Below are positions 18,642-28,319 of a stretch of 64,000 bases of DNA, in pieces. The notes beneath the pieces are model-generated. The model had not been told where the DNA came from, did no database searches, and worked only from the letters and a program-made list of their open reading frames with translations. The first letter of the stretch is position 1. Each line of letters begins with the position of its first letter. Location of the stretch: the NCBI GenBank assembly GCA_963822585.1, contig CAWGIE010000047.1, positions 128,001 to 192,000 of the forward strand, given 5' to 3'. Position numbers and translations under genes: made by a program. This DNA is from an uncultured bacterium (GTDB lineage: Bacteria > Auribacterota > Erginobacteria > Erginobacterales > Erginobacteraceae).

Positions 18642-19679
18642 ATGAGGAGGTCGATGATGAGATGGATCGCGATCCCGTTTTTGGCGTCATTGCTGGTATC
18701 CTGGCCGGCCGGCGCGGATCAGATTTCGGGAGAAGACCCGGCGAAAGGCATGGACGAGTTGCAGTGGCAGTCGAATTTTTCCCGTAAGATTCACCAGCTG
18801 TTCCTGGAAAAAAATTTCGCGGAACTCGATCGGATCGCCGAAAACTGCTGGAAAGGGGCGCGCACCCCCTCGGGGATCTGGCAACTGGACATTTTCTATG
18901 ACGGGATTTACCTGGGCGGGAATAAAAACCGGGATAGCTACTGGGAAACATATCTGGGCCGGTTCCGGGAGTGGAGAGAGCAGCAGCCGCATTCCGTCAC
19001 CGCCCTGATCGGTCTGGCCCAAGCCTGGATCGAATACGCCTGGCAGGCCCGCGGCACCGGCTGGGCGAGTTCGGTGACCGAGACCGGGTGGCAGCTATTC
19101 CACGAGCGGCTGGAGAGGTCCCAACGGATCATGGTTGAAAACGCCAAGGAATGCATGGCGTCTCCCCGCTGGTACAGTCAAATGCTTTTGCTGGCGCGGG
19201 CGCAGGAAGCGGGCAGATCCAAGGCCTGGGACTTGCTGAGGGCGTCCGCCCGCGCTTTTCCCGATTATTTCGAATCGTATTTCAAGATGGCGGCCTTTTG
19301 CCAGCCTCGCTGGGGCGGACTGCCGGGGGAATGGGAAAACATGGCGAGCTGGGCAGAGAAAAACGCCGGCGGCGACCGGGGAAAGGAGATTTACACCCGG
19401 ATCTGCTGGGTAATGTGGTCATGGGAAAAGGACGAGGCTTTTCTCAGCCCGCAAGCCAAGGTAAACTGGGATAAGATGAAGGCGGGGTTCGAGGTGATGG
19501 AAAAAGAATATCCCGATTCGGCCTGGAACCGCACCGCCTTTTGTTATTTTGCCTGGCTTTTCCGGGACCGTCCGGTCGTGCTCGCGCTGCTGCCCGGCCT
19601 TGAGCGTCGCCTGGCCTTTGAGTTCTGGCGTGACCGGACGAGCCTGGCGAAAACCCAGGCCTGGGCCGAGAAGCCCTGA
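18642..19679 (+). CDS. Secreted DUF4034-like helical protein
   Basis: Signal peptide; YAWQARGTGWA, PRWGG motifs. Confidence 0.7.
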   Translation: MRRSMMRWIAIPFLASLLVSWPAGADQISGEDPAKGMDELQWQSNFSRKIHQLFLEKNFAELDRIAENCWKGARTPSGIWQLDIFYDGIYLGGNKNRDSYWETYLGRFREWREQQPHSVTALIGLAQAWIEYAWQARGTGWASSVTETGWQLFHERLERSQRIMVENAKECMASPRWYSQMLLLARAQEAGRSKAWDLLRASARAFPDYFESYFKMAAFCQPRWGGLPGEWENMASWAEKNAGGDRGKEIYTRICWVMWSWEKDEAFLSPQAKVNWDKMKAGFEVMEKEYPDSAWNRTAFCYFAWLFRDRPVVLALLPGLERRLAFEFWRDRTSLAKTQAWAEKP

Positions 19680-19714
19680 CCGGTTTTCCCCGCCCTGGCC
19701 GGCGGAGCCCGGCG

Positions 19715-19939
19715 CACAGACAGGAATGTCTGTAGTGTTAGGGATAAGGGATAAGGGGTAAGGGTAAGGGAGCGTTTCCCCTTCGCCCTTACTTCACGCT
19801 ACCTCTCTTGAAACTCCTGAATAATAAATGAGCGAGCAGAGCTCGCTCATTTAACACAGACAGGAATGTCTGTGCTACTTAGGCGGTCACAGACAGGAAT
19901 GTCTGTGTTACCTTGACTCATCGACAGGAATGTCTGTGC
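19715..19939. repeat. Composite element: REP + TAAGGG(A/G) heptamers + AAATGAGCGAGC hairpin + 3 REPs
   Basis: Homologous to 30542-30728 and 36964-37113. Confidence 0.85.
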
Positions 19940-20038
19940 CGGAAAAGCGGCTTTCAGATCATCACGAGAAATAAAAACAAGGCGCCCGCGACGGGGGCGG
20001 AAGATTCCGGCTCCCCGGCGCGGGCGCCTTTCTACCGC

Positions 20039-20395
20039 TTACCGGTAAACGGGGACATAGTAAAGGGGACGGGGATAAACCGGCGGCGGAGGTGGCGGCG
20101 GTGGCGGTTGATAGACGTAGACAGGTGGCGGCGGAGGGGGCGGCGGCGCCTGATAGACGTAGACGGGAGCGGCCGGCTGGTTGCAGTCGCTGAAGGCGGC
20201 GGCGATCAGACCCGCGCCCAAAACCCCGGCGCAGACCGCGCCGAACGTGTCCCAGCTGTTCCAACTGCCGTGGCCGCCGCCCTGGTGACCCCGATTGTAT
20301 CCGCGGCTGTAACCGCGATGCCCCCCGGCGTAGACCATCTGCCCGCAGGCCAGGACCATCAACCCGATCATGCATGCTCCAATCAGCCTTTTCAT
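20039..20395 (-). CDS. Small secreted Gly/Pro-rich protein
   Basis: RBS aaggagg; signal peptide MKRLIGACMIG; VYVYQPPPPP repeats. Confidence 0.75.
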   Translation of the reverse strand: MKRLIGACMIGLMVLACGQMVYAGGHRGYSRGYNRGHQGGGHGSWNSWDTFGAVCAGVLGAGLIAAAFSDCNQPAAPVYVYQAPPPPPPPPVYVYQPPPPPPPPPVYPRPLYYVPVYR

Positions 20396-20754
20396 CAGAT
20401 TACCTCCTTTGGTGTTTAGCTGATTGGACGCAAAACTTCCGCGAATATTCAATCCCCCTATCCAGGGCAAACCCTGGTCGACATCAGGGGGGCGAAATAG
20501 GCCGGGCAATGATGGGGACTTAGCCCTCGCGCAGTCTACCCCAATTTATCGGGGTTCGGGCAACTGATTTAACCGCGGATTGCGCGGATTATGCTGATTA
20601 AAGGGAAAAACAATCCGCATAATCCGTTTAATCCGCGGTTTATTGTGCGCCAGAGGCGCACCCCGCTAGCTATCGGGGAAATTCCGAAGCGGCAAGATAC
20701 AGCGCGTCGCGGGGCACGATTATCCCCCGGGATGCCGGTGTGACAGCTTTTTAA

Positions 20755-20949
20755 CTATTTCTTGCTGTACAAAAAAGTTATCACCGACAGAAGGACGAAG
20801 GTATTGCCGATTAAAAGGACCGAACTCGCCTTCATCCGGGGAACAAGTCCCATCAGACTGACGCTGTTGTAGCCGATGATCCTGCCCAGAAACGCCGCCA
20901 GAATCCCCAGGACACCAATGACCAGCAAAATAGTAGACGCGTTTTTCAT
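20755..20949 (-). CDS. Small two-TM membrane protein
   Basis: RBS ggagg; two hydrophobic segments. Confidence 0.65.
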   Translation of the reverse strand: MKNASTILLVIGVLGILAAFLGRIIGYNSVSLMGLVPRMKASSVLLIGNTFVLLSVITFLYSKK

Positions 20950-21212
20950 ACGGCACCTCCTTTGTCAAATGATACCCTTCTTTTAAGAAATTTTTCAACG
21001 ATAATTTTTATGAATAGTGCGGGCTGAAGCGGGTGGTTGTGATACCATAAAAAAACCGCCGACGATCGCGCGCCACCGTTTATCAGCCGCGGCCACCGGA
21101 GGGGAGCTTCATCGTCCTTGTCCCGATTGACCGGCTCCGCCTTCCCGCCGGCGGAGAACATCATCGCGGTCATCTTCGGGGCGGAGGTGACGAGATCGGT
21201 TCCGGGAAGAGC

Positions 21213-22160
21213 ATGAAGAAAGCCCGCAAAATCATCCTGGCCGCCGCCGTTCCGGTGGTCGCGCTGGTCCTCCTTGACCTCTCGGGTTTCTTCGAGCTTC
21301 ATCTTCTCATCCTGCCCCAGAATCCGGATTTCATCTCCCTGGGGCGGGGATGCGGCCTCTGGGAATACAAGGGGTTTTATCGATGGCTGCCGCAGACGGT
21401 CAGGGTGGTCCGGGTCGACCTTGCCGAGCCCGCCATCGAGGTGGAGGTGAACGGCCCCGGCCCGACCGATGAGGAGAGAATGCTGACGGCGCTCGCCTAC
21501 CACCGGATGAAAAATGAAGCGCTGGCTCCTTTGGCCCGCTGTTCGGTCACCGTCAACGGCAACGTCTCCGGCGACATCAGCGCCGGCATCGTGCGTTCCT
21601 TCGCCGATCCGGCCCACCTGCTGATCCATGACTGGCCCCAGTACTGCTTCGGGGTAGAGGAACACTCCGGGAAAAGGAAGGCCTTCGTGCGGGAGATGTA
21701 TCTCCGGAAAGAAGAGGTGGGAAGAAAGGCCCCCTCCGGGGTGCGCTGCGCTCTCCTCTCCTGGCCCTATTACGCCTGGCCCCTGATTGAAAAGGGGAAG
21801 AACGCCTATCGGGAGGAGAGCCTTGATTTCGAGATCATCGACGAACGCCACCCCCGCACGATCGTGGGGACGGACGCGGAGGGACGTTTCGTCTATCTGG
21901 CGGTCATGAAGGGGAGGGACCCGTTTCACGCCTTCGGCATGTCCTTCGCCGAGGCGGCGGACTTTCTTCTGGAGCACTTCCCGGAGATCTCCGACGCGAT
22001 CAACCTGGACGGGGGCTTCTCCAGCATCCTCGTCCTCGACCGGCCCGGGGGATTACGGGAGGTCTTCCCGGATAATCATGAGGACCGGAAGCTTCCCGAT
22101 GTGGTGCAGGTGATCGAGACCGTCGCGCCCGCCCGGACGGGGATGTCCGTGCTGCCTTAG
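21213..22160 (+). CDS. Phosphodiester glycosidase (NAGPA-like) family protein
   Basis: HPRTIVG and AINLDGGFSS motifs; N-terminal anchor. Confidence 0.8.
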   Translation: MKKARKIILAAAVPVVALVLLDLSGFFELHLLILPQNPDFISLGRGCGLWEYKGFYRWLPQTVRVVRVDLAEPAIEVEVNGPGPTDEERMLTALAYHRMKNEALAPLARCSVTVNGNVSGDISAGIVRSFADPAHLLIHDWPQYCFGVEEHSGKRKAFVREMYLRKEEVGRKAPSGVRCALLSWPYYAWPLIEKGKNAYREESLDFEIIDERHPRTIVGTDAEGRFVYLAVMKGRDPFHAFGMSFAEAADFLLEHFPEISDAINLDGGFSSILVLDRPGGLREVFPDNHEDRKLPDVVQVIETVAPARTGMSVLP

Positions 22161-22171
22161 ACTCCCTGGCG

Positions 22172-22434
22172 CACAGACAGGAATGTCTGTGCTACCTTGG
22201 GCGAACACAGACAGGAATGTCTGTGCTACTTTGGGCGAACACAGACAGGAATGTCTGTGCTACTTTGGCGGCTACACAGACAGGAATGTCTGTGCTACTT
22301 TGGCGGCTACACAGACAGGAATGTCTGTGCTACTTTGGCGGCTACACAGACAGGAATGTCTGTGCTACTTTGGCGAACACAGACAGGAATGTCTGTGCTA
22401 CTTTGGCGGACACAGACAAGAATGTCTGTGCTGC
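22172..22434. repeat. REP array, 8 copies
   Basis: 33-35 nt period. Confidence 0.95.
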
Positions 22435-22453
22435 TTTGGGCGGGATGTCCGGG

Positions 22454-22516
22454 TTACAGAATTTGGGGGAATCGGACATTCTCGGGAGACTGGAGAATGG
22501 AGCCTTCCGTCGGGGA
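22454..22516 (-). pseudogene. Relic of the radical SAM gene 3' end (within a possible 32-aa ORF, 22454-22552)
   Basis: Encodes SPTEGSILQSPENVRFPQIL* versus SPAEESILRSPENIRFPHIL* at 25085. Confidence 0.75.
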
Positions 22517-22613
22517 TATTGTTTTCCCCTCGTCTCGGCCCCCGATTATCATCGGAGCCCTTCTCTCCCCGGTTAGAAAGAGTGTTCTTTATTCCTTCCC
22601 GGTGAATTTTGTT

Positions 22614-24368
22614 TTATCTGGTCGCCGGGATAACCCCCTCGCCGCCGTAGTAAGCACGAGTTATCCCCCGAACCGCCCAAAGCCCGGAAGATTCATGGAA
22701 GATACCAATACTATCCACGCCGTCTCCGTCATAGTCGGCCGGGACCGGAGAATCGGAAGAAGATCCGAAGTAAACCCTGGTTATCCCTCTAATCGCCCAC
22801 AGACCCGATGATGATCGGAAGATACCCGGACTCCAGTAACCCGAGTTATTATAGTCACCCGCGACCGGATCATCATTGCTGCTTCCAAAATAGATCCGGC
22901 TCATGTTCCGGATCGCCCAGAGACCGGAGTTCCCGCGGAAGATAGCGATATCCTCGATCCCGTCGCAGTCATAGTAACCTGGCACCGGACGATCGCCGGC
23001 GGTACCGAAGTAAATGCGGGTAATCCCTTTTACCGCCCAGAGTCCCGAAGCACTCCGGAATATCCCGATGTTGCAGGCACTGGACGGATTGGAACGGAAC
23101 GGTACGGCATTGTCGGACGACATCCCGAAGTAAGTCCGGGTCACATTTCTGACTGCCCAGAGGGCGGAAGACTGGCGGAAGATTCCGATGTCGGTGGTCC
23201 CATCGGCATTGTAATCACCGGGTACCAACTCATCACCAGAAGATCCAAAATAAACTCGGGTAATATCCCTAATCGCCCAAAGTCCGCTGTCTTCGCGGAA
23301 AATAGCGATATCAGATGTTCCGTTACCGTCATAATCATTATGAATACAATGCGGGGGAAGAGAGGGTGAACCCAGATCAAAAATATCAAGGTGCTGGGCG
23401 CTGGCTAATATCAGCATCGAACCATCACCGTTAATGCAAAGTTTCTCTCCTTCGGTTTCAGTCTCAATAGTTCCCTCCCGAACCTGGGTTTCCGTATTAA
23501 GGATTTTTATACTCGTATCATAAAAACTTCCACAAATTCCATAAGCCACGGTTCCGTCCGGTTGGTAGACCATATCATGAGGATAAGTTCCTATGTCATA
23601 CTCTCCATCACGAGAAGCGAACTTATCTGAAAGGGCTTGAATATTATAAACAGTATATCCAGGACCATTCCCCCCGCCGACCATAAAAAGAATATGATTT
23701 CCGTCCGGGCTGAGAGTGAGATTTTGACCGTTCGATCCCAGGGCTCCATGATCGCAACGGGTTTCCCGACTGATGACATCAGTAGAAATATCCCATCGGC
23801 AAAGATTGCTCGGGCTCCATCCAACTACACCGGAATAAAGCTTGTTCCTGATTGAGTCCACTTCGATTAGCCGGGTATTGCTATCCCAGTTGTCTTCATG
23901 GACATCGATGATGGAACCATCGGATGAATTTACAATCACCAGAGCAGCATCATGGCCTGTATTAGCAGCAATATATATTCGGGTAGCGGTTGCCTCAATA
24001 TCATAAGGGACATTACCGTTAAGGTCCCAGGTGGTTTCTATCGTCCAGTTCGCGGTATTTATGACCGCCAGAGAAGTCGCTCCGCTTTTAGCCACATAGA
24101 GCCTGGATCCGTCAGGGGATAAAGCCAGATCGCCCGGCTGGCTGGGAATGGTTAATTCCGTGAAATCTAAAGAACGAAGATTAAGTTTAATCACCCGAGC
24201 ATTGGTTTTATCGCTGACGTATAAATAGCAGGCATTACCGGGGGCAACCATCCCTCCCACCTGGCCGCCGAGATCAAACGCTCTCTGGTCCCCGGATGAG
24301 GATACTCCCGGAAAAACGATGGTCAGGGCCATCGTTAACACCAATGTCTCCCGCATTCTCTTCATCAT
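22614..24368 (-). CDS. Exported YVTN/YncE-like beta-propeller protein with C-terminal FG-GAP/VCBS module
   Basis: PGDLALSPDGSRLYVA; VCBS repeats ending PATR; visibly more AT-rich than its neighbours. Confidence 0.85.
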   Translation of the reverse strand: MMKRMRETLVLTMALTIVFPGVSSSGDQRAFDLGGQVGGMVAPGNACYLYVSDKTNARVIKLNLRSLDFTELTIPSQPGDLALSPDGSRLYVAKSGATSLAVINTANWTIETTWDLNGNVPYDIEATATRIYIAANTGHDAALVIVNSSDGSIIDVHEDNWDSNTRLIEVDSIRNKLYSGVVGWSPSNLCRWDISTDVISRETRCDHGALGSNGQNLTLSPDGNHILFMVGGGNGPGYTVYNIQALSDKFASRDGEYDIGTYPHDMVYQPDGTVAYGICGSFYDTSIKILNTETQVREGTIETETEGEKLCINGDGSMLILASAQHLDIFDLGSPSLPPHCIHNDYDGNGTSDIAIFREDSGLWAIRDITRVYFGSSGDELVPGDYNADGTTDIGIFRQSSALWAVRNVTRTYFGMSSDNAVPFRSNPSSACNIGIFRSASGLWAVKGITRIYFGTAGDRPVPGYYDCDGIEDIAIFRGNSGLWAIRNMSRIYFGSSNDDPVAGDYNNSGYWSPGIFRSSSGLWAIRGITRVYFGSSSDSPVPADYDGDGVDSIGIFHESSGLWAVRGITRAYYGGEGVIPATR

Positions 24369-24597
24369 AAAAGTACCCTCCGATATTATTTTTACTCTAC
24401 AAAAAATAGTATCATGCGCCGGAAACGTATCTCCCGTTTCAGAGTAAAGTTTTTGAAAAGCCCGACAGATACAGGGTATGATATTTATTAATTATTGGCA
24501 AACATATTGTTACTAAATTGAGTTTTCAGGAGTCCGGACCACGATATCTTAATAAGTGGCAGGGGGGTGACTTAAAATTGCATGAAATGATGGGACC

Positions 24598-24664
24598 GGC
24601 GGTATTGTGAGATCCTCACCCGGATCCCTCGGAGCTGGAGCAGGCAGAAGAGAAGAGGCCTTGA
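24598..24664 (+). pseudogene. Relic of the NADAR-like gene 3' end
   Basis: RYCEILTRI/SELEQAEEKRP* (1-nt deletion) versus RYYDILTRIRSELRREEEKKP* at 30455-30522. Confidence 0.75.
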
Positions 24665-24683
24665 GAGTGCTCGCTTAGGGGCG

Positions 24684-24970
24684 CACAGACAGGAATGTCT
24701 GTGCTACTTTGGCGGCTACACAGACAGGAATGTCTGTGCTACTTTGGCGAACACAGACAGGAATGTCTGTGCTACTTGGGCGAACACAGACAGGAATGTC
24801 TGTGCTACTTGGGCGAACACAGACAGGAATGTCTGTGCTACTTTGGCGAACACAGACAGGAATGTCTGTGCTACTTTGGCGGACACAGACAGGAATGTCT
24901 GTGCTACTTTGGCGGACACAGACAGGAATGTCTGTGCTACTTTGGCGGACACAGACAGGGAGGTCTGTCT
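24684..24970. repeat. REP array, 9 copies (last degenerate)
   Basis: Mostly 33-nt period. Confidence 0.95.
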
Positions 24971-25084
24971 CGCGCAGTGTAAAGTGTAAAGTGTAAGGTG
25001 TGCTGTGTAAGGAGAAGCTTCCCCGCTTCACCTCACGTTACGATAGAAGAAATGTTAATATATTAACTGACAGAAATGGCCGGG

Positions 25085-26179
25085 TTAGAGGATATGGGGG
25101 AAGCGGATATTCTCGGGAGACCGGAGAATGGATTCTTCCGCCGGGGAAAGGCTCCGGGACCGTATTCTCTCGATAAAGTCGTTATAAAGAACACCCCGAT
25201 GCCGGCTTCTCAAAGCGGGATAGGTCCCACTCTTTACCGTTTGAATATTTTCCATCCGGCTTTTGCGCCATAAAAAATCGTCCCCCCAGTCATTGGCCAC
25301 GTCAGCCAGGACGTGCCGCGGCTGGTACTTCACTTCGGGGGCGAGGTAATTTAATCCGTCGGCGCCGATCACCAGCAGGAAATGAGCCGCGTGGTAACCG
25401 TCAAATTCCAGGGCGGTGTCTGTGTATCTGCTTTGAGAGACAAAGACCCGGAAGGCCTCCGCGGGCGACAACCGTTCCTGATACTCGCCGATTTCCCTGT
25501 ACACGCCTTCCTGGTCGACCTGGGCCGGACACCCGGCGTCCCAACCGGTGCACCGGGGATGAAAATATATCCAATGAGCGCCGGCGTCCCGGACCGCCTG
25601 GGCCAGCTTGATCAGGATACCGGCCCGGTCCTTTGAAGTCAGGGCGCTGACCCCGATCTGCAGGGGGCTTTCGGCTTTCTCGATTTTCCCGCGCAGGTCC
25701 GCGATCCGTCTCAAAACCGTTTCGATCTCTCCCAGCGCTCCCTCCTCCCAGTCGTAGAGCGAGATCCGAAGAGTCGAGACGGAGGAGATGAGCGCGTCGA
25801 TGACGGAATCCCGATGGAGGAGACTGCCGTTGGTGACGACGGCGATATCCTGGAAGCCGTACTTCCGGGCCAGCCGAACGACCGCGGGGAAATCGGGGGA
25901 AATGGTGGGTTCTCCCCCGGTCAGCAAAAGCCCCCGGGTCTCCCCCTGGAGGGCGGCCAGGAGGTTGGAAACGAATTTTAAACTGAGCTGATGGAAGTCC
26001 GAGCTCCGGCTGCTGGGGCAGTCGGGGCAGGTGCGGGTGCACTTGCTGGTGATATCCAGCTCCAGCGTAACCGGGAAGATCGGCTCTTGGCGGAGATAGG
26101 AGAAGATCCTGGTTTTGTGGGCGGAAATTTTGTACGCCGAGGCGAGCTGAAACATCTGATTTGAATCATCCCGTTGCAT
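25085..26179 (-). CDS. Radical SAM protein
   Basis: CTRTCPDC, LTGGEPT, VTNG; start at MQRDD avoids overlap with upstream gene. Confidence 0.85.
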   Translation of the reverse strand: MQRDDSNQMFQLASAYKISAHKTRIFSYLRQEPIFPVTLELDITSKCTRTCPDCPSSRSSDFHQLSLKFVSNLLAALQGETRGLLLTGGEPTISPDFPAVVRLARKYGFQDIAVVTNGSLLHRDSVIDALISSVSTLRISLYDWEEGALGEIETVLRRIADLRGKIEKAESPLQIGVSALTSKDRAGILIKLAQAVRDAGAHWIYFHPRCTGWDAGCPAQVDQEGVYREIGEYQERLSPAEAFRVFVSQSRYTDTALEFDGYHAAHFLLVIGADGLNYLAPEVKYQPRHVLADVANDWGDDFLWRKSRMENIQTVKSGTYPALRSRHRGVLYNDFIERIRSRSLSPAEESILRSPENIRFPHIL

Positions 26180-26207
26180 AAAGAAAGCTTCCTTGGCCGG
26201 TATCGTA

Positions 26208-27122
26208 TCATTTAATATCCGGCAGCCCGATGGTTTTTCGCCAGCGGTTGATGAATTCGCCTTTTTTCCGATAACGGAGAACGAACCCCCATTCATAGGG
26301 CACGAAGCCGAGCTTGAGGGCGATCGTCTTCAGCAGGTTCTTGGCGCCCGCGCGAAAATGAGACCGGATATCCAGCCGGGCCGCCGCGGCGGCCTGCGCC
26401 CGGGCGATTGCCGTCAATTCGGTCTCCAGGAAATCGGGCTCCCGGAGCATGCGCTCGAAGTAGAATTTGTTCTCTTCGTATTCCCGCCGGGCATAGACAT
26501 CGGCCCGCCAACCCGATTGAATGGCGATGACCGTAACCCGGGGGAGGGAGATGATTTTTTTCCCTGCCTTCCATATCCGGAGGAGCAGGTCCTGTGACGG
26601 CTGCAGATAGCAATCGCGGGGATGCCGCCAGGGGCCGATCTCCTCCAGGACCTCCCGTTTCAGAAACCAGAGTGAGGCGGGGACGAAGGTGGGGGTGTAG
26701 GTATCTCCGGCCGGGACATTAAAAAGATGATTTGCGCCGCCCGGGCGGATGGCTATCCCCAGGGTGAAAACCATCTCCGCGCCGGTCTCCTCGATCCCCC
26801 GCAGCGCGGTCCCGAGATGTTCCGGCATCCAGAGGTCGTCATGATTGAGATAGGCGATGTATCGACCGCGTGAGCGCCGGAAACCTTCGTTATTGGGCCC
26901 GGCCTGATCGCCGACGTTCTCCTCCAGGTTGTGAAACCGTATTCTCGGGTCCCGGAAAGAACGGACGACTTCCTCGGTGTCGTCCGTACAGGCGTCGCCG
27001 ACGACAATGAGTTCCCAATCGGTGAACTTCGATCGCAACAAGCCGGCGATGGAGTAATAGAGAACGTTGCTCCGATTATACGTCGCCGTGATTACTGAGA
27101 TAAGGGGCGTATCAGACGCCAT
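26208..27122 (-). CDS. Glycosyltransferase family 2
   Basis: ISVITATYNR, VGDACTD, YIAYLNHDD. Confidence 0.9.
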   Translation of the reverse strand: MASDTPLISVITATYNRSNVLYYSIAGLLRSKFTDWELIVVGDACTDDTEEVVRSFRDPRIRFHNLEENVGDQAGPNNEGFRRSRGRYIAYLNHDDLWMPEHLGTALRGIEETGAEMVFTLGIAIRPGGANHLFNVPAGDTYTPTFVPASLWFLKREVLEEIGPWRHPRDCYLQPSQDLLLRIWKAGKKIISLPRVTVIAIQSGWRADVYARREYEENKFYFERMLREPDFLETELTAIARAQAAAAARLDIRSHFRAGAKNLLKTIALKLGFVPYEWGFVLRYRKKGEFINRWRKTIGLPDIK

Positions 27123-27179
27123 GACCGCTCTCCCCGCGTTCGCACCCCCGGAAATCCCGATCCGCCGCTTCTTCCGGCT

Positions 27180-28127
27180 TCACGCTTCCGGCCCCCCGGA
27201 TCGCGCCGCGCGCACGGCCGTTACTTCTCCGGGTTCCAGGGGATATCCATACCCGCAGTTGCGGCATAAATCCAGTTCAAAAATTCCTTTTCTGAGCGCA
27301 CTTCTCGCCCGGACGAAGGCGGCCTTTTGCCAGATGTCCCGGAGGTGTTCGGTGACGACATTCCCATAGACGGGGTCTTCTCTCCATTGCCGGGCGCAGA
27401 GCAGAATGTTTCCCCGGAAATTAATCGCCATTATCGTTTCGGGAAAAACGCAGGTCCGGCATAAGTTTTCCACGCTGACGCACTCCCGCAGGGGAACCAG
27501 TCCGGAACGGTTGTTGAACCTCTCCAGCCCCCGGATCTTTTTATAATTCGGATCATGAAAATGGAGTTTCTTCCGGTCGTTTTCATCAAGCCGGCGGTAG
27601 GTGGCAATCGCTTGCTTGGGCGCGTCAATCTGGTAGCGATCGTCGCGTATCGTGTAGTGATCCGAAACATCGATCATATCGACGCCGGCGGCAATCAGCT
27701 CCCGGAATTTTACACCCGTAAGGAGGTCCCCATTGGTCAGTATCGCCACCCGGGATTTGGGCAGGTGATCTTTAGCGTAGGCGACGAAGGCCGCCAGCCG
27801 GTCATCGAGGAGCGGCTCGCTCCAGGGAGCGAAGATAATCAGGCCGCGATAATCGAGATCGCGCAGGTCGCCGATGATTTTACGAAACACGCTCTCGGGC
27901 ATCAGATGGCTGCCGCGGTCGTTCCAGAAATGAGGACAGTAAGGGCAGGCGCGATTGCAGGCGGTGGTATTCTCGATCGCGACGGAGGATCCCAGCGTTT
28001 TGTGATTGTAATACAGCTCCCGGAGAAAGCCGCTCTTGTCCTTCAGGTATTTCAGCCATCCGATTTTTCTGATCGGACGGCTGTTGATGAGCGCGGATAT
28101 TATTTTGTCAGAGAAAGATCGGATCAT
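27180..28127 (-). CDS. Radical SAM protein with SPASM/twitch domain
   Basis: CNRACPYC; C-terminal CVFP..GNILLC..YGNV..CRNC. Confidence 0.9.
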   Translation of the reverse strand: MIRSFSDKIISALINSRPIRKIGWLKYLKDKSGFLRELYYNHKTLGSSVAIENTTACNRACPYCPHFWNDRGSHLMPESVFRKIIGDLRDLDYRGLIIFAPWSEPLLDDRLAAFVAYAKDHLPKSRVAILTNGDLLTGVKFRELIAAGVDMIDVSDHYTIRDDRYQIDAPKQAIATYRRLDENDRKKLHFHDPNYKKIRGLERFNNRSGLVPLRECVSVENLCRTCVFPETIMAINFRGNILLCARQWREDPVYGNVVTEHLRDIWQKAAFVRARSALRKGIFELDLCRNCGYGYPLEPGEVTAVRAARSGGPEA

Positions 28128-28319
28128 TATTCGGCGGCCGCGGGACAGATAAACAGGATCACCGCGAGCATTTTTTCATGGTCAACAGTTGCTTGATTAA
28201 GGTAGCATCCGGAGAGGTAGTATAACAAATGTGGCCGGGGGTCCAATGATTATCGGTGTGGGCCGCCGGCAGCCGTTGACAGAACGAGAGAGTCGGAGCA
28301 TTCCCAACCGGAGGGACCG

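Noticed and set aside
22454..22552. 32-aa ORF as a RiPP precursor for the nearby radical SAM enzymes
   Set aside because: Its C-terminal 20 residues and downstream bases are a diverged copy of the rSAM gene's own 3' end, so a relic is the simpler explanation.
13493..24970. REP arrays as CRISPR arrays
   Set aside because: Linkers are only about 7-21 nt and recur rather than being unique, there are no cas genes or leader, and the unit has the GTAG-REP signature.
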